Assembly (NCBI GenBank): GCA_964514725.1
Contig: CAZEUL010000005.1
Location: 129,479-193,478, forward strand
Length of the DNA: 64,000 bases
Source: an uncultured Rikenellaceae bacterium
GTDB lineage: Bacteria > Bacteroidota > Bacteroidia > Bacteroidales > VadinHA17
Reading direction: 5' to 3'
Part shown: positions 11,060-21,577 of the stretch, one piece after another
Layout of the letters: the number at the start of each line of letters is the position of its first letter
Position numbering within the stretch: position 1 is the stretch's first letter
The notes under the pieces: model-generated
What the model was told of the DNA's origin: nothing
Databases searched by the model: none
The model's input: the letters and a program-made list of their open reading frames with translations, nothing else
Position numbers and translations under genes: made by a program

Positions 11060-11815
11060 ATGATGAAAATGAAAAAAATCATTGAAAAACTAAGTTTATT
11101 AGCACTTCTAAGTGTTATCTGTTCATTTTCAGGAGAATCACTCATGGAGAGCAAACCTGTATATTATGTCGGCAGACTGAAGAAATCAATGAAGATAGAC
11201 GCCAACTGGGAAAAGCCTCAATGGAAAGTTGTCCAATCCGTTGATATCAGGAATTTTATGGGCACTGTTCCGGCTTTTAAACCTGAAGCTGAGGTAAAGA
11301 TGGCATATGATAACGATAATATCTATGTTATCTTCCATGTTCATGATCGTTATGTAAGGTGTATAACCAGCCAGATTAACGGACCTGTTTGGCAGGACAG
11401 CGCTGTTGAATTTTTCTTTGCCCCTGACCCTGAATTACCACTTCAGTATTTCAATCTTGAAACAAACTGCGGCGGAACCCCTCTTATGCATTACAACCTT
11501 ATTCCAAGGAAAGAGTCGAAGAGTTTGTCAGAGGATGATATAAAGAGGATAGAAATAGCTTCAACCCTTCCAAAGGTAATTGATCCGGAAATGACGGGCC
11601 CCGTCATCTGGACACTTGAATACAGGATACCGCTGGATATTCTTGAGAAATACTCTGCTGTATCACGTCCGAAAAAAGGTGTTGAATGGAAGGCTAACTT
11701 TTACAAGATAGCGGAAAACAGCTCAAATCCACATTATATTACCTGGGCAGTGATTGAAAATGAAAAACCTGATTTTCATAAACCTGAGTTTTTCGGACGT
11801 CTGATATTTGAATGA
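11060..11815 (+). CDS. Stand-alone CBM9-like (carbohydrate-binding family 9-like) secreted protein
   Basis: It has a signal peptide. The pattern KIDANWEKPQW...MAYDNDNIYVIFHVHD...WQDSAVEFFFAPD is typical of CBM9-like modules. Confidence 0.6.
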   Translation: MMKMKKIIEKLSLLALLSVICSFSGESLMESKPVYYVGRLKKSMKIDANWEKPQWKVVQSVDIRNFMGTVPAFKPEAEVKMAYDNDNIYVIFHVHDRYVRCITSQINGPVWQDSAVEFFFAPDPELPLQYFNLETNCGGTPLMHYNLIPRKESKSLSEDDIKRIEIASTLPKVIDPEMTGPVIWTLEYRIPLDILEKYSAVSRPKKGVEWKANFYKIAENSSNPHYITWAVIENEKPDFHKPEFFGRLIFE

Positions 11816-13420
11816 TCAGGTTATTTTTCTATACCAGGGAAGTCGTTCAAGCGGCACCTCTATTGTGATTTTAGACGGCCCAGTAACAATAGTTCCGTCA
11901 TCTCCCTTCCATTTGCCCTCAGGAATGATGATTTCCCTTGATCTAGCTCCTTTTTGAATGACCGGAGCTACCATTATATTCTTTCCAAGCATAAACTGGT
12001 CTTTTACATTTTCGTAACCTTTGCCCGGAAACTCATATTCCAGATTACGTACCATAGGTTCACCTGATGCAGCGCACTCCTTTGCCAGGTCATAGATTTC
12101 ATTTCCCATAGCCTGGTGCAGGTTTGCCATCTCCCTGCAAATCTCCAGATTATCTTTGCCAAGGACCCTCCATGGTGCTACTGAAAACTGCATCATTGGC
12201 ATCAACGCATGGATCTCAGAGGACCTCACAATCAGTTCTTCGTCAAGGACACTTGTGTCCTGGAACGAGGTCCATTCTCCTCCTCCGATTAAATCGGGGC
12301 ATCCAAACTGGTGTCCTATAATACCAAGTCCGATCATATCCGGAATAAGCACCTGCAGGTCAGCCCATGTGTGACTTTTGTCACGCAGCCGTTGTGCCAG
12401 AGGTTTTCCTGCCATTTTCCAGCAGGCACGGTATTCATTTAATGGATATTTCAGACCAATTTTTGCAAATGATTCACAATGTTCATTTGGCCCGAAATCA
12501 CCATAAGAATAAGTTCCGGTATAGTATTCCGGATCCCCGGCATCAAGTTTAAAGCCATCAACACCATATTTCCTAACCAGATTATCCAGTTGTTCTCTGA
12601 ACCATGCATCCCCATCCGGATTTGAAAGATCAATTATGGCACTGGCACCGTTCCACCAATCCACAATTGCAGGAGTCGTTTTTTCCTTATCCCTGAAAAT
12701 CATAAGTTTTTTACCCTGCAGATCGCGGTAAACGGGCGAATCAGAACTTATAAAAGGACAAACCCAGAGCATTACCCTGAATCCCAGTTCGTGCAGTTTT
12801 TTCATCATTGTTGAAGGATCCGGAAATTTCTCACAGTCAAACTTCCAGGTCCCGTATCTGTCCTGCCAGTTGTCGTCAATCATCAAAACTCCTGGAGGAA
12901 AGCCGTTTTTAATTATGTCCTCCGCATATTTGATCACATCTTTTTCGTTCTGGTCATACTGGAGTTCAATCCATGTATTATATTGTGGATTTGTGAACAT
13001 CAGAGGATCCGGAGTCAATCCTGATGGCGGGAAAAATGTTTTGCTGCAATATAAAAAAGCATCTTTAAGAGTTTCTCCCGATTTGCCTGTAATGATTTCA
13101 GCTCCGCCTGCCTGTACTTTTATCTTATCTGAAGAAAAAGTGATTCTCAGTGGTTTTTCACTCCAGATGTATCTGCCTTTGTTTGAGAGGTAAAGTGGCT
13201 GGGCCTGATTACCTTTGCAATCACCATTCTGGTCGTATGTGAAATTTCCCCCGGAATAAGGAGAATTGCGCCCGTCAACCACCGCTCCTCCCCACCATTT
13301 TTCATTTTCAAGGAGGGATATTTCTTTTATTGGCATGTTGCTCCGATTGAATTTGCAGGATTCACTAACTGCAGAAAAAACAGAAGCTGCAAGTATCAGA
13401 ACGACGATAACATTTTTCAT
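11816..13420 (-). CDS. Glycoside hydrolase family 31-like enzyme
   Basis: The pattern IDDNWQ...FDCEKFPDP...GFRVMLWVCPFI...IDLSNPDGDAWF...GVDGFKLDAGD follows the GH31 catalytic-domain layout (compare the FKTDFGE type). A signal peptide is present. Confidence 0.7.
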   Translation of the reverse strand: MKNVIVVLILAASVFSAVSESCKFNRSNMPIKEISLLENEKWWGGAVVDGRNSPYSGGNFTYDQNGDCKGNQAQPLYLSNKGRYIWSEKPLRITFSSDKIKVQAGGAEIITGKSGETLKDAFLYCSKTFFPPSGLTPDPLMFTNPQYNTWIELQYDQNEKDVIKYAEDIIKNGFPPGVLMIDDNWQDRYGTWKFDCEKFPDPSTMMKKLHELGFRVMLWVCPFISSDSPVYRDLQGKKLMIFRDKEKTTPAIVDWWNGASAIIDLSNPDGDAWFREQLDNLVRKYGVDGFKLDAGDPEYYTGTYSYGDFGPNEHCESFAKIGLKYPLNEYRACWKMAGKPLAQRLRDKSHTWADLQVLIPDMIGLGIIGHQFGCPDLIGGGEWTSFQDTSVLDEELIVRSSEIHALMPMMQFSVAPWRVLGKDNLEICREMANLHQAMGNEIYDLAKECAASGEPMVRNLEYEFPGKGYENVKDQFMLGKNIMVAPVIQKGARSREIIIPEGKWKGDDGTIVTGPSKITIEVPLERLPWYRKIT

Positions 13421-13434
13421 TCAGTTTTATATTG

Positions 13435-14130
13435 TCATTTATCAAGTGTATTCAGAAAATCTGAAAGCTTAAGAATATCATCTGTTTTGTCAAATTTAAT
13501 TTTATTGGTTTTAAGGAATGCTTTTATCTTTGTTTCGTCTGAAGGAAACATATCAACCAGGCTTTTTCTTGAAAGAAGAACAAACTCTCTTCCCGGCATA
13601 GTCAGATAAAACTGTCTTACACGCTGAAATACCATGTCTTTGTTGGCGTTAAGCTTGTAAAAGTTACCATCAACCGGCATTGTTCCGAATGATGTTGTTG
13701 AAGAAGCAGAGCTGGATACACCGTAAGGGTCTTTGTTTTGCACTTCTTTAAGTTCAAATCGCTCTTTAAGTCCGATCACATGTTTACCTTTACTCATTTG
13801 TTTTATGTAACCTTTATCATAATAGAAAGTGTCCTGAGCTATTGCCACATATTTGATATCTTTTTTGTTGATTATTGTCAGAGTGTCACGCGACTGGATA
13901 AATTCCATCTCACCCAATAGAAAATTTAAGTTAAGACGCCTTTCAGAAAATATTCCGTTTTTAAAAACCACTTTACCGGTTTTAAATTCAGGGTAAATAT
14001 ATCGTAATTCAATTGGAAAAGAATCAAGGATTTTGGTGCCAGCCTTTACCGTTATAATTTCATTCTGCTGTCCTGTAAGAACTTGGTTAAAAAAATAAAT
14101 GGACAAAATAGTAAATAGGAATTTCTTCAT
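13435..14130 (-). CDS. Secreted hypothetical protein
   Basis: 231-aa ORF with a signal peptide (FTILSIYFFNQVLTGQ). I recognise no motif. Confidence 0.5.
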   Translation of the reverse strand: MKKFLFTILSIYFFNQVLTGQQNEIITVKAGTKILDSFPIELRYIYPEFKTGKVVFKNGIFSERRLNLNFLLGEMEFIQSRDTLTIINKKDIKYVAIAQDTFYYDKGYIKQMSKGKHVIGLKERFELKEVQNKDPYGVSSSASSTTSFGTMPVDGNFYKLNANKDMVFQRVRQFYLTMPGREFVLLSRKSLVDMFPSDETKIKAFLKTNKIKFDKTDDILKLSDFLNTLDK

Positions 14131-14286
14131 TTTGATACTATTAATTTATGTTGCTTAATCTAAGAATCATTGCTTTCAAGGTTTTGAATCATATTCAAAG
14201 AAAGCTCCTGCTTATTTATTATTGTTATTAAGAGATCGGCCACTTTTTATTGCGGCAAAGATTTCCAATGTGTCATAAAAATAAAA

Positions 14287-16077
14287 TTAATAAATATTTC
14301 TGTCAACAGGTTTACTTTTTAAAAATTCACCACGTATTTTGCCAAACTGAAGATAATACCAGAAAGTATTTCTTTCTTTCTTACTTAGGCTCTCCTCAAT
14401 TTTAACTTTGTCACCCCTTTTACTGTTAACATTTTGCACATAGGATCTGAATCTTTCATAAGTGTCAGGCGGCAGGACTAATCCTTTAATATCAGGAATT
14501 GAATCCGTGTAATTTCTGTATGCTGCCAATGCTTCACAAATATGTCGGGGAATTGAACTATATCCTTTTTTTTTCAAGTTTTTAGCTTCTTCAGCAATTC
14601 CAATTATGTCTTTTTCGAGCATCAGACGAGCCATCTTATATTCGAATGCTTTCCTGTTAAGCGGATTTGATCTGATAAGCAGATCAATATTCATAGCATC
14701 TTCTGTGTGAATGAAAAAATCCTCTCTTGGCATCAGGGTAGATTTTTCACCAAGCTCAGGATCTTTTTTCACCATCTCAGTGTTGGTCAGTAACTTTTCA
14801 AATCTGTGAGCCTCTGATCTATACCGGAACGTCCTTTTAAGAACATTGATATATCTCTCAGCGACTCTGTAGTTGCCGTTAATCAGTTCAGTTTTAATAA
14901 GCATTTTCAGATTTTCGGGTGTATACCCATAGTTAACCATCAGTTCAAAAGCAAGATGACGCGCTTCATTTACAAGACCAATTGCAAAATAATAATGCAT
15001 TATTCTCGAGGCCTGTTCTCTGTTTCCTCCAAGTGAAAGAGACATTGGACCTGCATCCTGCCTTCCAAAAAACATTCTGTCGCATAACCTGCCCTTTTCC
15101 GATAAGGCAAGGTTGTAGTAAAACTGCTCTACAATATTGGAAGAACCTCTCTGCTCATGTTCCGAAATGACCTTATCAAATTGATTGTTTAAGAAAAACT
15201 TTTCTATTTTCATTACTTTTTCGAAAACAGGATTATATTGTCTGAACAGGAAAAAAACCAAAGCAGAAAAAAGAATAACTACTAAACCGGGTTCAATTAT
15301 CTTCTTAAGCTTTCCGAAGAGACTCATCTGCGATATTTTGACTATCGCCGGGAAAATGATAGACATTATGTAAAGGCTTAACATTGGTATTGTTATTCTG
15401 CCATATTCATTGAAAACCAAAGGATAACCGGTTAAAGTCCTGATAGGTTTAAGAAAGACAACCTTACTGGATAAAACTATGGTAACCGCAAGTACGATCA
15501 TTTGTAATCCGGCAAACAGAAGAGTCTTTTTTCTATCTGTGGAAGTAATGGCATAAATCAGGTAAATACCTATATTTAATATGGCATAAGTACCTGATAT
15601 ATAGTAAAATAGTGGTAAAGATAATAAAAAAACAATCCTTAATGATCGGGTTATTGGTTTTATTGAGAAAAGAAACAATGAAAATGACATCAGTAAGCCA
15701 AGGGAATGTAAAATGTTGTATCGATAATCAGCCTGACAAATTATAATTCCAATAGGCAGAAGTAAAATCAGAGGCAGGATTAAAGTCTGAAAGTGGTATA
15801 CTCTCTTAACTATTGAATTCGACAACAAAGCGAGGCTCGTCACAGCCAGTGAATTTATAAAAGAGCCAAAGAAGTTTATGTAATAAAACTGAATTATAAA
15901 ATCAGCTGCATATTTAAGAAATCCTCCAGGTTTAGAAAGATTTTTCTCAAGATAATCCAGTGTGAAAATAAATAACGATTTATTTTCATGGTAAAAGAAA
16001 ATCCCTTTTCCGAACAATTGCAGATATAAGAAGGATACAGTAAATAGAATGAAATAAAAGATAATATTCTTTCTCAT
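14287..16077 (-). CDS. Polytopic membrane protein, DUF6057-like, with a soluble helical C-terminal domain
   Basis: The N-terminal ~330 aa contain many hydrophobic helices, and the C-terminal ~260 aa are hydrophilic and TPR-like. The track start is GTG 16089. ATG 16077 forms an ATGA overlap with the upstream gene's stop and is more likely the true start. Confidence 0.55.
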   Translation of the reverse strand: MRKNIIFYFILFTVSFLYLQLFGKGIFFYHENKSLFIFTLDYLEKNLSKPGGFLKYAADFIIQFYYINFFGSFINSLAVTSLALLSNSIVKRVYHFQTLILPLILLLPIGIIICQADYRYNILHSLGLLMSFSLFLFSIKPITRSLRIVFLLSLPLFYYISGTYAILNIGIYLIYAITSTDRKKTLLFAGLQMIVLAVTIVLSSKVVFLKPIRTLTGYPLVFNEYGRITIPMLSLYIMSIIFPAIVKISQMSLFGKLKKIIEPGLVVILFSALVFFLFRQYNPVFEKVMKIEKFFLNNQFDKVISEHEQRGSSNIVEQFYYNLALSEKGRLCDRMFFGRQDAGPMSLSLGGNREQASRIMHYYFAIGLVNEARHLAFELMVNYGYTPENLKMLIKTELINGNYRVAERYINVLKRTFRYRSEAHRFEKLLTNTEMVKKDPELGEKSTLMPREDFFIHTEDAMNIDLLIRSNPLNRKAFEYKMARLMLEKDIIGIAEEAKNLKKKGYSSIPRHICEALAAYRNYTDSIPDIKGLVLPPDTYERFRSYVQNVNSKRGDKVKIEESLSKKERNTFWYYLQFGKIRGEFLKSKPVDRNIY

Positions 16078-17555
16078 CTTTCTAACCACTTTGCTTTGAC
16101 AGGTTCATTAAGAGATGCTTTGAAAAAAGCCCGCGGGCCAATTTCAGGCTTTCCCGTAATTAGTTCGGGTCTGTTGAAAGTTTTTTCCATCCGTCTGTAT
16201 TTGTCCGGATCTTTTTGAGGAAGTATAAAAGGTTTTCCCGGATTGTCAGTACTTCCTATGTATGAAAAAAAGGGCCTTGCGGTCAGACCATCCAAACGTT
16301 TACTGCTGAATACCAGCCATTTGCTATTCGCAGACCAGGAATGATAACTTTCTGTCTCATCACTGTTCAGGTCCATCCTTTTACACTTCATCGTCTGAAG
16401 ATCAAGCATAAATAGATCCGCTTCCCTGTGCCAGATAGAAAATGTTCCATAGTTGTGAAGTGTGAAGACAAGAAATCTTCCATCGGGAGAAATGGAAGGA
16501 AATGATACAGATTTATCGATTTCAGATGCATTAAAAACCAATTCAGCCTCATCAAATTTCCCATTGACAGGATTGAAACGTCTTCTGTATAGATCATATT
16601 TAATCCTGCTGTAATCAAATTCCTCTGATACCTGAGGAGTCCTGCAGTAATAAAGAAACATCCCATCTGGAGACCAGAAAGGGTAGGTTTCCATAAATTT
16701 TATTGAATCTCTGTTGTTTGTATCAAACACAGCATTTTTCTCCAGATCATATAATATAAGTGAGGAATAAAGGTCTGTCACTTCAATGTTTTTTCCTCGT
16801 ATCATATGAAATGACTGAACAGTCCGATTTGATGAGAAGGCAACGTATCTGCCTGAGGGATGCCATGAAGGATAAACGACATTGGCTTTCATGTTTTCTG
16901 TCCTGAGTATCCTTCTTGTAAGACTGTTTCCGTCAAAAAAATATGTTCCTCCTTTTGATCCCCTTATATGAATAAGAAATTTTTCCGGCTTATTCTGATA
17001 AAAGGAATGGCAATTCATGCAGTTTCCGTCAAGAAGCTGGTTTTCAACAAATGGCATTTCCCTGAAGCTTTCAGTGGATCTCAGCATAATCTGCATTTCG
17101 GACCATGATTCATAACCCGGATAAAGAATGCGGTAACAGAGCCACGGATCTAATTTATCAGGTTTAACATACATCCTGAACGGATCATATTTTATAAGCT
17201 TGTTCCCTTTATCTTTCGATATTATTTCGAATTCCAAACTGCCATCTTTTGTCTGATAAAGCAGTTTCCTCCATAACCTCAGGGGGAATATTACTTTGCC
17301 GTCTGAAGATTTTAAGGTCTGGACAATTCCGCGCGAAGAGGTTATGTTTATAACAAAGTATTTCCCCTGCTCAGTAATTCTGAAATTCATTGGTGCGATG
17401 TTTTCCGGAATTGTTACGCCGGAATAGTCGGGTTCAATAACCGGTTCTCTACCGGCCAAATTGGCTTTTGAAATTTCAATTCTGTCACAGCCGGCTGTTA
17501 TCATTGCAGGAATCAGTAAAAGAAGTTTCCATCTTATGAGTGCACCCCTGTTCAT
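16074..17555 (-). CDS. Lipoprotein with one CXXCH haem motif and PD40/TolB-like beta-propeller repeats
   Basis: It has a lipobox (MITAGC), a single CMNCH motif, and repeats WHPSGRYVAFSS, WSPDGMFLYY, ISPDGRFLVFT and WSANSKWLVFSS. Confidence 0.55.
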   Translation of the reverse strand: MNRGALIRWKLLLLIPAMITAGCDRIEISKANLAGREPVIEPDYSGVTIPENIAPMNFRITEQGKYFVINITSSRGIVQTLKSSDGKVIFPLRLWRKLLYQTKDGSLEFEIISKDKGNKLIKYDPFRMYVKPDKLDPWLCYRILYPGYESWSEMQIMLRSTESFREMPFVENQLLDGNCMNCHSFYQNKPEKFLIHIRGSKGGTYFFDGNSLTRRILRTENMKANVVYPSWHPSGRYVAFSSNRTVQSFHMIRGKNIEVTDLYSSLILYDLEKNAVFDTNNRDSIKFMETYPFWSPDGMFLYYCRTPQVSEEFDYSRIKYDLYRRRFNPVNGKFDEAELVFNASEIDKSVSFPSISPDGRFLVFTLHNYGTFSIWHREADLFMLDLQTMKCKRMDLNSDETESYHSWSANSKWLVFSSKRLDGLTARPFFSYIGSTDNPGKPFILPQKDPDKYRRMEKTFNRPELITGKPEIGPRAFFKASLNEPVKAKWLER

Positions 17556-17655
17556 AATTGATTGTTTTGCAAGGTTATGAATTTACTGATCTGTTCTTTT
17601 ACATGGAAGTAAGTTAACCATTTGTTGAATAGAAGTTAATATTATGGTATCAAAT

Positions 17656-20037
17656 TTATTTTCGGAAAATTGAGCTTACAATATCTTCATCTGAAAGTTC
17701 GTCCCCCTTTGCAGGGCCATGCCAGACACCTCCTCCGAAAGTGATTATATAAATCTTACTTGAATCAACCAAATCCGGTTCAACCCTTTTTCCCCATTTG
17801 AAATTGTATCCTCTGATCCTGTTCCATGTTTCCCCTCTGTCCTCTGACCGGTATGCTGATCCGTTAAATCCGCAGGCATAATATGTTTCGTTTCTTTTAT
17901 CAAACGTAATATCATGAATATGCTGGTCTTTTCCAAGTGTCTGTTTCCACGATTTACCGTCATCAGTTGAAAGGAAGATGCCACCACCGGTATCGGAACG
18001 GTATTTTCCCGGAGATACTCTTCCCCAGGCTGAAAGTATTAGTCTTCCCGGTTTTTTATTATCAATTGAAATGTCCATTGGTCCGTTTGTTCCTTCCGGC
18101 AATTTCATTTTCACCCAGTTTTCAGCTCCGTCATCCGATCTGTAAAGTGCTCCATCAAGCTCATTACCTATTGAACCATCTTCGCTTTTTCTGCAAACAA
18201 TCAGAAACAGCTCCCCGTTTTTACTCATTGAAAGTCTCCAGGCAAATGGTTCACTTCCTTCAATTCCTGAGCTTTTATTTGTCCATGACCTGCCTCCGTC
18301 TAAGGATTTAAAAACACCCCTGCCAAAAGCACATGCGTATAAAGTCCTTGAATCTTTGCTGCTTTCAGGATCAATAAGGATATGCGTAATAGCTGCTTCT
18401 CCAATGTCGCGGCTCACAGGGTTCCAGGTTTTGCCTCCATCAGAGGAGTTAACTATGCCTCCCTTAAAAGTGTCCGGTCCTCTTCTTCTCCACATTTTCG
18501 GCCTTGGAAGGTCATGAATATCGCTCATTGCAGCCCATACTCTGCCTTTAATCTGATCGTCAAAAGCAAGCCAGTAAGTGCTGTTGACCCAGTTGCGGGG
18601 TATCCCGTTGTTATTGGTTGCACTCTCCCAGCTTTCTCCCCAGTCATTGCTCTCCATCAGTCCAATGTCTGTATTTGCAATAAAAACATGAGATTTTACA
18701 AATGGATCAAAAAAAATGTTATAACCAGTTGTTACATCCAGACCTCTTGAAATCCATCCGGCACCTTCTTTTCTCCTGGTGTAAACCTGCTGCCATTTTT
18801 CCCCGCCATCAGGTGTCCTGATTGTGCGTCCAAAATCTGTTGTAAAGCAAATGTCAGGGTCGCCTGGAGCAACAGCAATTGAAAACGGATTTTCTCCCCA
18901 TCCCGGACCAAAACGTTCATCAATCCATCCCTTCTCATAATTTGATGAGAAAATTCCGCCATTCCTTGTAAGGTTATCTTTCCAAACGAGCTTCCAGGTC
19001 ATACCGTAATCTTCGCTTTTTGCAACCCCTATCAAAATTGTATCAGATGATACATTCAATCCTGAATAAGAGACATAAGCAATCCGCGGATTAGTTGAAC
19101 ATGTCGCTATTGTTCTCCACTCCGGCATTTCTGACCCTGGCTGACAGAACCTTAAAATATCATCCTGACGGTTTTCCCATGTTTTGCCTTTATCCTCCGA
19201 GTAATATATTCCTGAGGGAGATGCTTCAGGGTTGAAATATGATTTCCCCGAGATGGCATATATTATCAACTTCTGTTTCAGACTGTCATAACCTGCCGCA
19301 TATTCATTAATAATATTTACCCCTGATGGTCCTCTGTTTTTAAACCAATTTCCATTTTCCTTCACAGAAATGTAGTTTTTACTTGTGATACAAATTGTTC
19401 TGTTATTGACAGGAGAGCCCTGGTCAATGAAAATATTCCTTGCGTCATTCTCCATTTCTAGTTCCTTTTTCCAGCTCTTCCCCTGATCGTCTGAAGTGAA
19501 GTAACCTGTTTTCCTGTCAATTGAAAAAACTGCATGAAGGTTCATTGAATTGGATGGGTCGACTGCAAAAGCAAGCACCATTCTTCTTGTGCTGTCAACT
19601 GTAACCAATTGTTCATCTGCATGATCACCCTTGGATATTATACTGATTATTTCTGATTCCTTAGGGTAAACAATGTTCCAGGTAATGCCGCAATCTGTGC
19701 TCTTAAACAATGCTATCGAATTAGCATAAATAATATCAGGATTTACAGGATCGAATGCAAAGAACCTGACAGGTCCTCTGAGGTTGAACATCCTCCATGA
19801 TTCTCCTCCGTTATAGGTAATGTATGATCCTGTCATGTCGCATGCAACACATACAATATCAGGATCATGAGGACTTATAGCTGGCCAGAACATCGCCCCA
19901 CCACCCCCTGGTCCGATCCTGCTCCATTCAGGTTCCTCCCGTCTGCTGTTATTTTCAACAGATCTGCCACCACATCCGTAAAGTATGGCTAAAAAGAAAA
20001 TCAATACTCTTATTATGTGCAATTTTGGTGTTCCCAT
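17656..20037 (-). CDS. BNR/Asp-box repeat lipoprotein (double beta-propeller, GH74/sortilin-like)
   Basis: It has a lipobox (ILYGCG). I count at least eleven SxDxGxTW-type Asp-boxes, including STDCGITW, SDDQGKSW, SEDKGKTW, SEDYGMTW, SSDGGKTW, SLDGGRSW, STDDGKSW and SEDRGETW. Confidence 0.75.
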   Translation of the reverse strand: MGTPKLHIIRVLIFFLAILYGCGGRSVENNSRREEPEWSRIGPGGGGAMFWPAISPHDPDIVCVACDMTGSYITYNGGESWRMFNLRGPVRFFAFDPVNPDIIYANSIALFKSTDCGITWNIVYPKESEIISIISKGDHADEQLVTVDSTRRMVLAFAVDPSNSMNLHAVFSIDRKTGYFTSDDQGKSWKKELEMENDARNIFIDQGSPVNNRTICITSKNYISVKENGNWFKNRGPSGVNIINEYAAGYDSLKQKLIIYAISGKSYFNPEASPSGIYYSEDKGKTWENRQDDILRFCQPGSEMPEWRTIATCSTNPRIAYVSYSGLNVSSDTILIGVAKSEDYGMTWKLVWKDNLTRNGGIFSSNYEKGWIDERFGPGWGENPFSIAVAPGDPDICFTTDFGRTIRTPDGGEKWQQVYTRRKEGAGWISRGLDVTTGYNIFFDPFVKSHVFIANTDIGLMESNDWGESWESATNNNGIPRNWVNSTYWLAFDDQIKGRVWAAMSDIHDLPRPKMWRRRGPDTFKGGIVNSSDGGKTWNPVSRDIGEAAITHILIDPESSKDSRTLYACAFGRGVFKSLDGGRSWTNKSSGIEGSEPFAWRLSMSKNGELFLIVCRKSEDGSIGNELDGALYRSDDGAENWVKMKLPEGTNGPMDISIDNKKPGRLILSAWGRVSPGKYRSDTGGGIFLSTDDGKSWKQTLGKDQHIHDITFDKRNETYYACGFNGSAYRSEDRGETWNRIRGYNFKWGKRVEPDLVDSSKIYIITFGGGVWHGPAKGDELSDEDIVSSIFRK

Positions 20038-20194
20038 TATACTTTAGTTATTTATCATTTAAAAAGAATGCCACCTGTTTAAATATAATATACCTGTCAG
20101 CCTTATATCATTATGTGCCGCAAAGGTTATTTGTTTTTTGTCTTACGATGATTAAATTGCATCAGAAATTCTATAAAGAATAGATTCCCATTAT

Positions 20195-21577
20195 ATGATT
20201 AATATTAACAAAAATATTAAAACCACTGATCTTTCAGGGAAACTTAAAAAATTTTGGCAGCTGTCTGGAGAGAAAATATTGCTTGTTGACAGAAATTATG
20301 ATGAATCAAATGGATCACCTGTATTCACCATTAACGGAAAGTATTCAACACGAGGATGGACGGAATGGACACAGGGATTTCAATACGGATCTGCCATTTT
20401 GCAATACGATGCCACGGGAGAAAATGAACATCTCATCTATGCGAAGAAAAAGGTACTTGAAAAAATGGCACCTCATTTAAGCCATACGGGAGTCCATGAC
20501 CACGGATTTAACAATGTCAGCACTTACGGTAACCTTCTGCGCCTTATGGTTGAAGGAAAAATTACTTTTAATGAATGGGAAAAGAATTTCTACGAACTTG
20601 CCCTGAAATTATCGGGCGCTGTACAGGCTTCCCGCTGGACAAAAACTAAAGATGGAGGATTCATACACTCCTTCAACGGACCTCATTCCCTTTTCGTTGA
20701 TACTATCCGTTCATGTCGTGCCCTTACCATCAGCCATATGCTGGGTCATAATCTTCAGGGGGAGGGAGATGTAAAGATCAGTCTGCTGGAACGGGCGCTT
20801 TTGCACATGAAAGCTACTGCAAAATATTCAATATTCTATGGCGAAGGCCGAGATATCTATGATGTTTGGGGAAGAACAGCCCATGAAAGCATTTTTAATA
20901 TAAAAGATGGAAATTTCCGTTGTTCAGGTACCCAACAGGGATATTCAGGGTTCAGTACTTGGACCAGAGGATTGGCATGGGCTATGTGTGGATTTGCTGA
21001 ACAGCTTGAATGGTTAGAAACTGTTGAAGACAATGAGCTTGAAGTATTTGGCGGAAAAGATCAGATTAGATCTGTATTCCTTAGGGCCGCGAGAGCAACA
21101 TGCGATTATTACATTGTCAACACCCCTGTTGATGGTATACCTTACTGGGACACTGGTGCACCCGGACTTCATCTGATAAATGATTATCTCGACAGACCTG
21201 CAGATCCATTTAATTCATATGAACCTGTTGACAGTTCGGCTGCAGCCATTGCATCCCAGGGATTGCTGCGACTGGGCAAATATCTCAGTGAGACCGGTTA
21301 TGACGTTGACGGAAAAAAATACTGGCAGGCAGGACTTGTAATAGTAAATACTTTACTTTCAGAACCATACCTTAGTGCAAATCCTGAACACCAGGGACTG
21401 CTTCTTCATACAGTTTATCATCGCCCCAATGGATGGGACTTTATTCCTGAAGGAAGTAGAACTCCTTACGGGGAATCATGTATGTGGGGAGACTATCATT
21501 TGAGAGAGATTTGTCTTTACCTCAGCAGGATTAACAGTAATAGCAGATATTATACCTATTTCAATTGCGTAAAATGA
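20195..21577 (+). CDS. Cytoplasmic (alpha/alpha)6-type hydrolase, GH88-like (unsaturated glucuronyl hydrolase-like)
   Basis: It has no signal peptide. The motifs GWTEWTQGFQYGS and GVHDHGFN are reminiscent of GH88/GH105-type enzymes. The family assignment is tentative. Confidence 0.45.
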   Translation: MININKNIKTTDLSGKLKKFWQLSGEKILLVDRNYDESNGSPVFTINGKYSTRGWTEWTQGFQYGSAILQYDATGENEHLIYAKKKVLEKMAPHLSHTGVHDHGFNNVSTYGNLLRLMVEGKITFNEWEKNFYELALKLSGAVQASRWTKTKDGGFIHSFNGPHSLFVDTIRSCRALTISHMLGHNLQGEGDVKISLLERALLHMKATAKYSIFYGEGRDIYDVWGRTAHESIFNIKDGNFRCSGTQQGYSGFSTWTRGLAWAMCGFAEQLEWLETVEDNELEVFGGKDQIRSVFLRAARATCDYYIVNTPVDGIPYWDTGAPGLHLINDYLDRPADPFNSYEPVDSSAAAIASQGLLRLGKYLSETGYDVDGKKYWQAGLVIVNTLLSEPYLSANPEHQGLLLHTVYHRPNGWDFIPEGSRTPYGESCMWGDYHLREICLYLSRINSNSRYYTYFNCVK

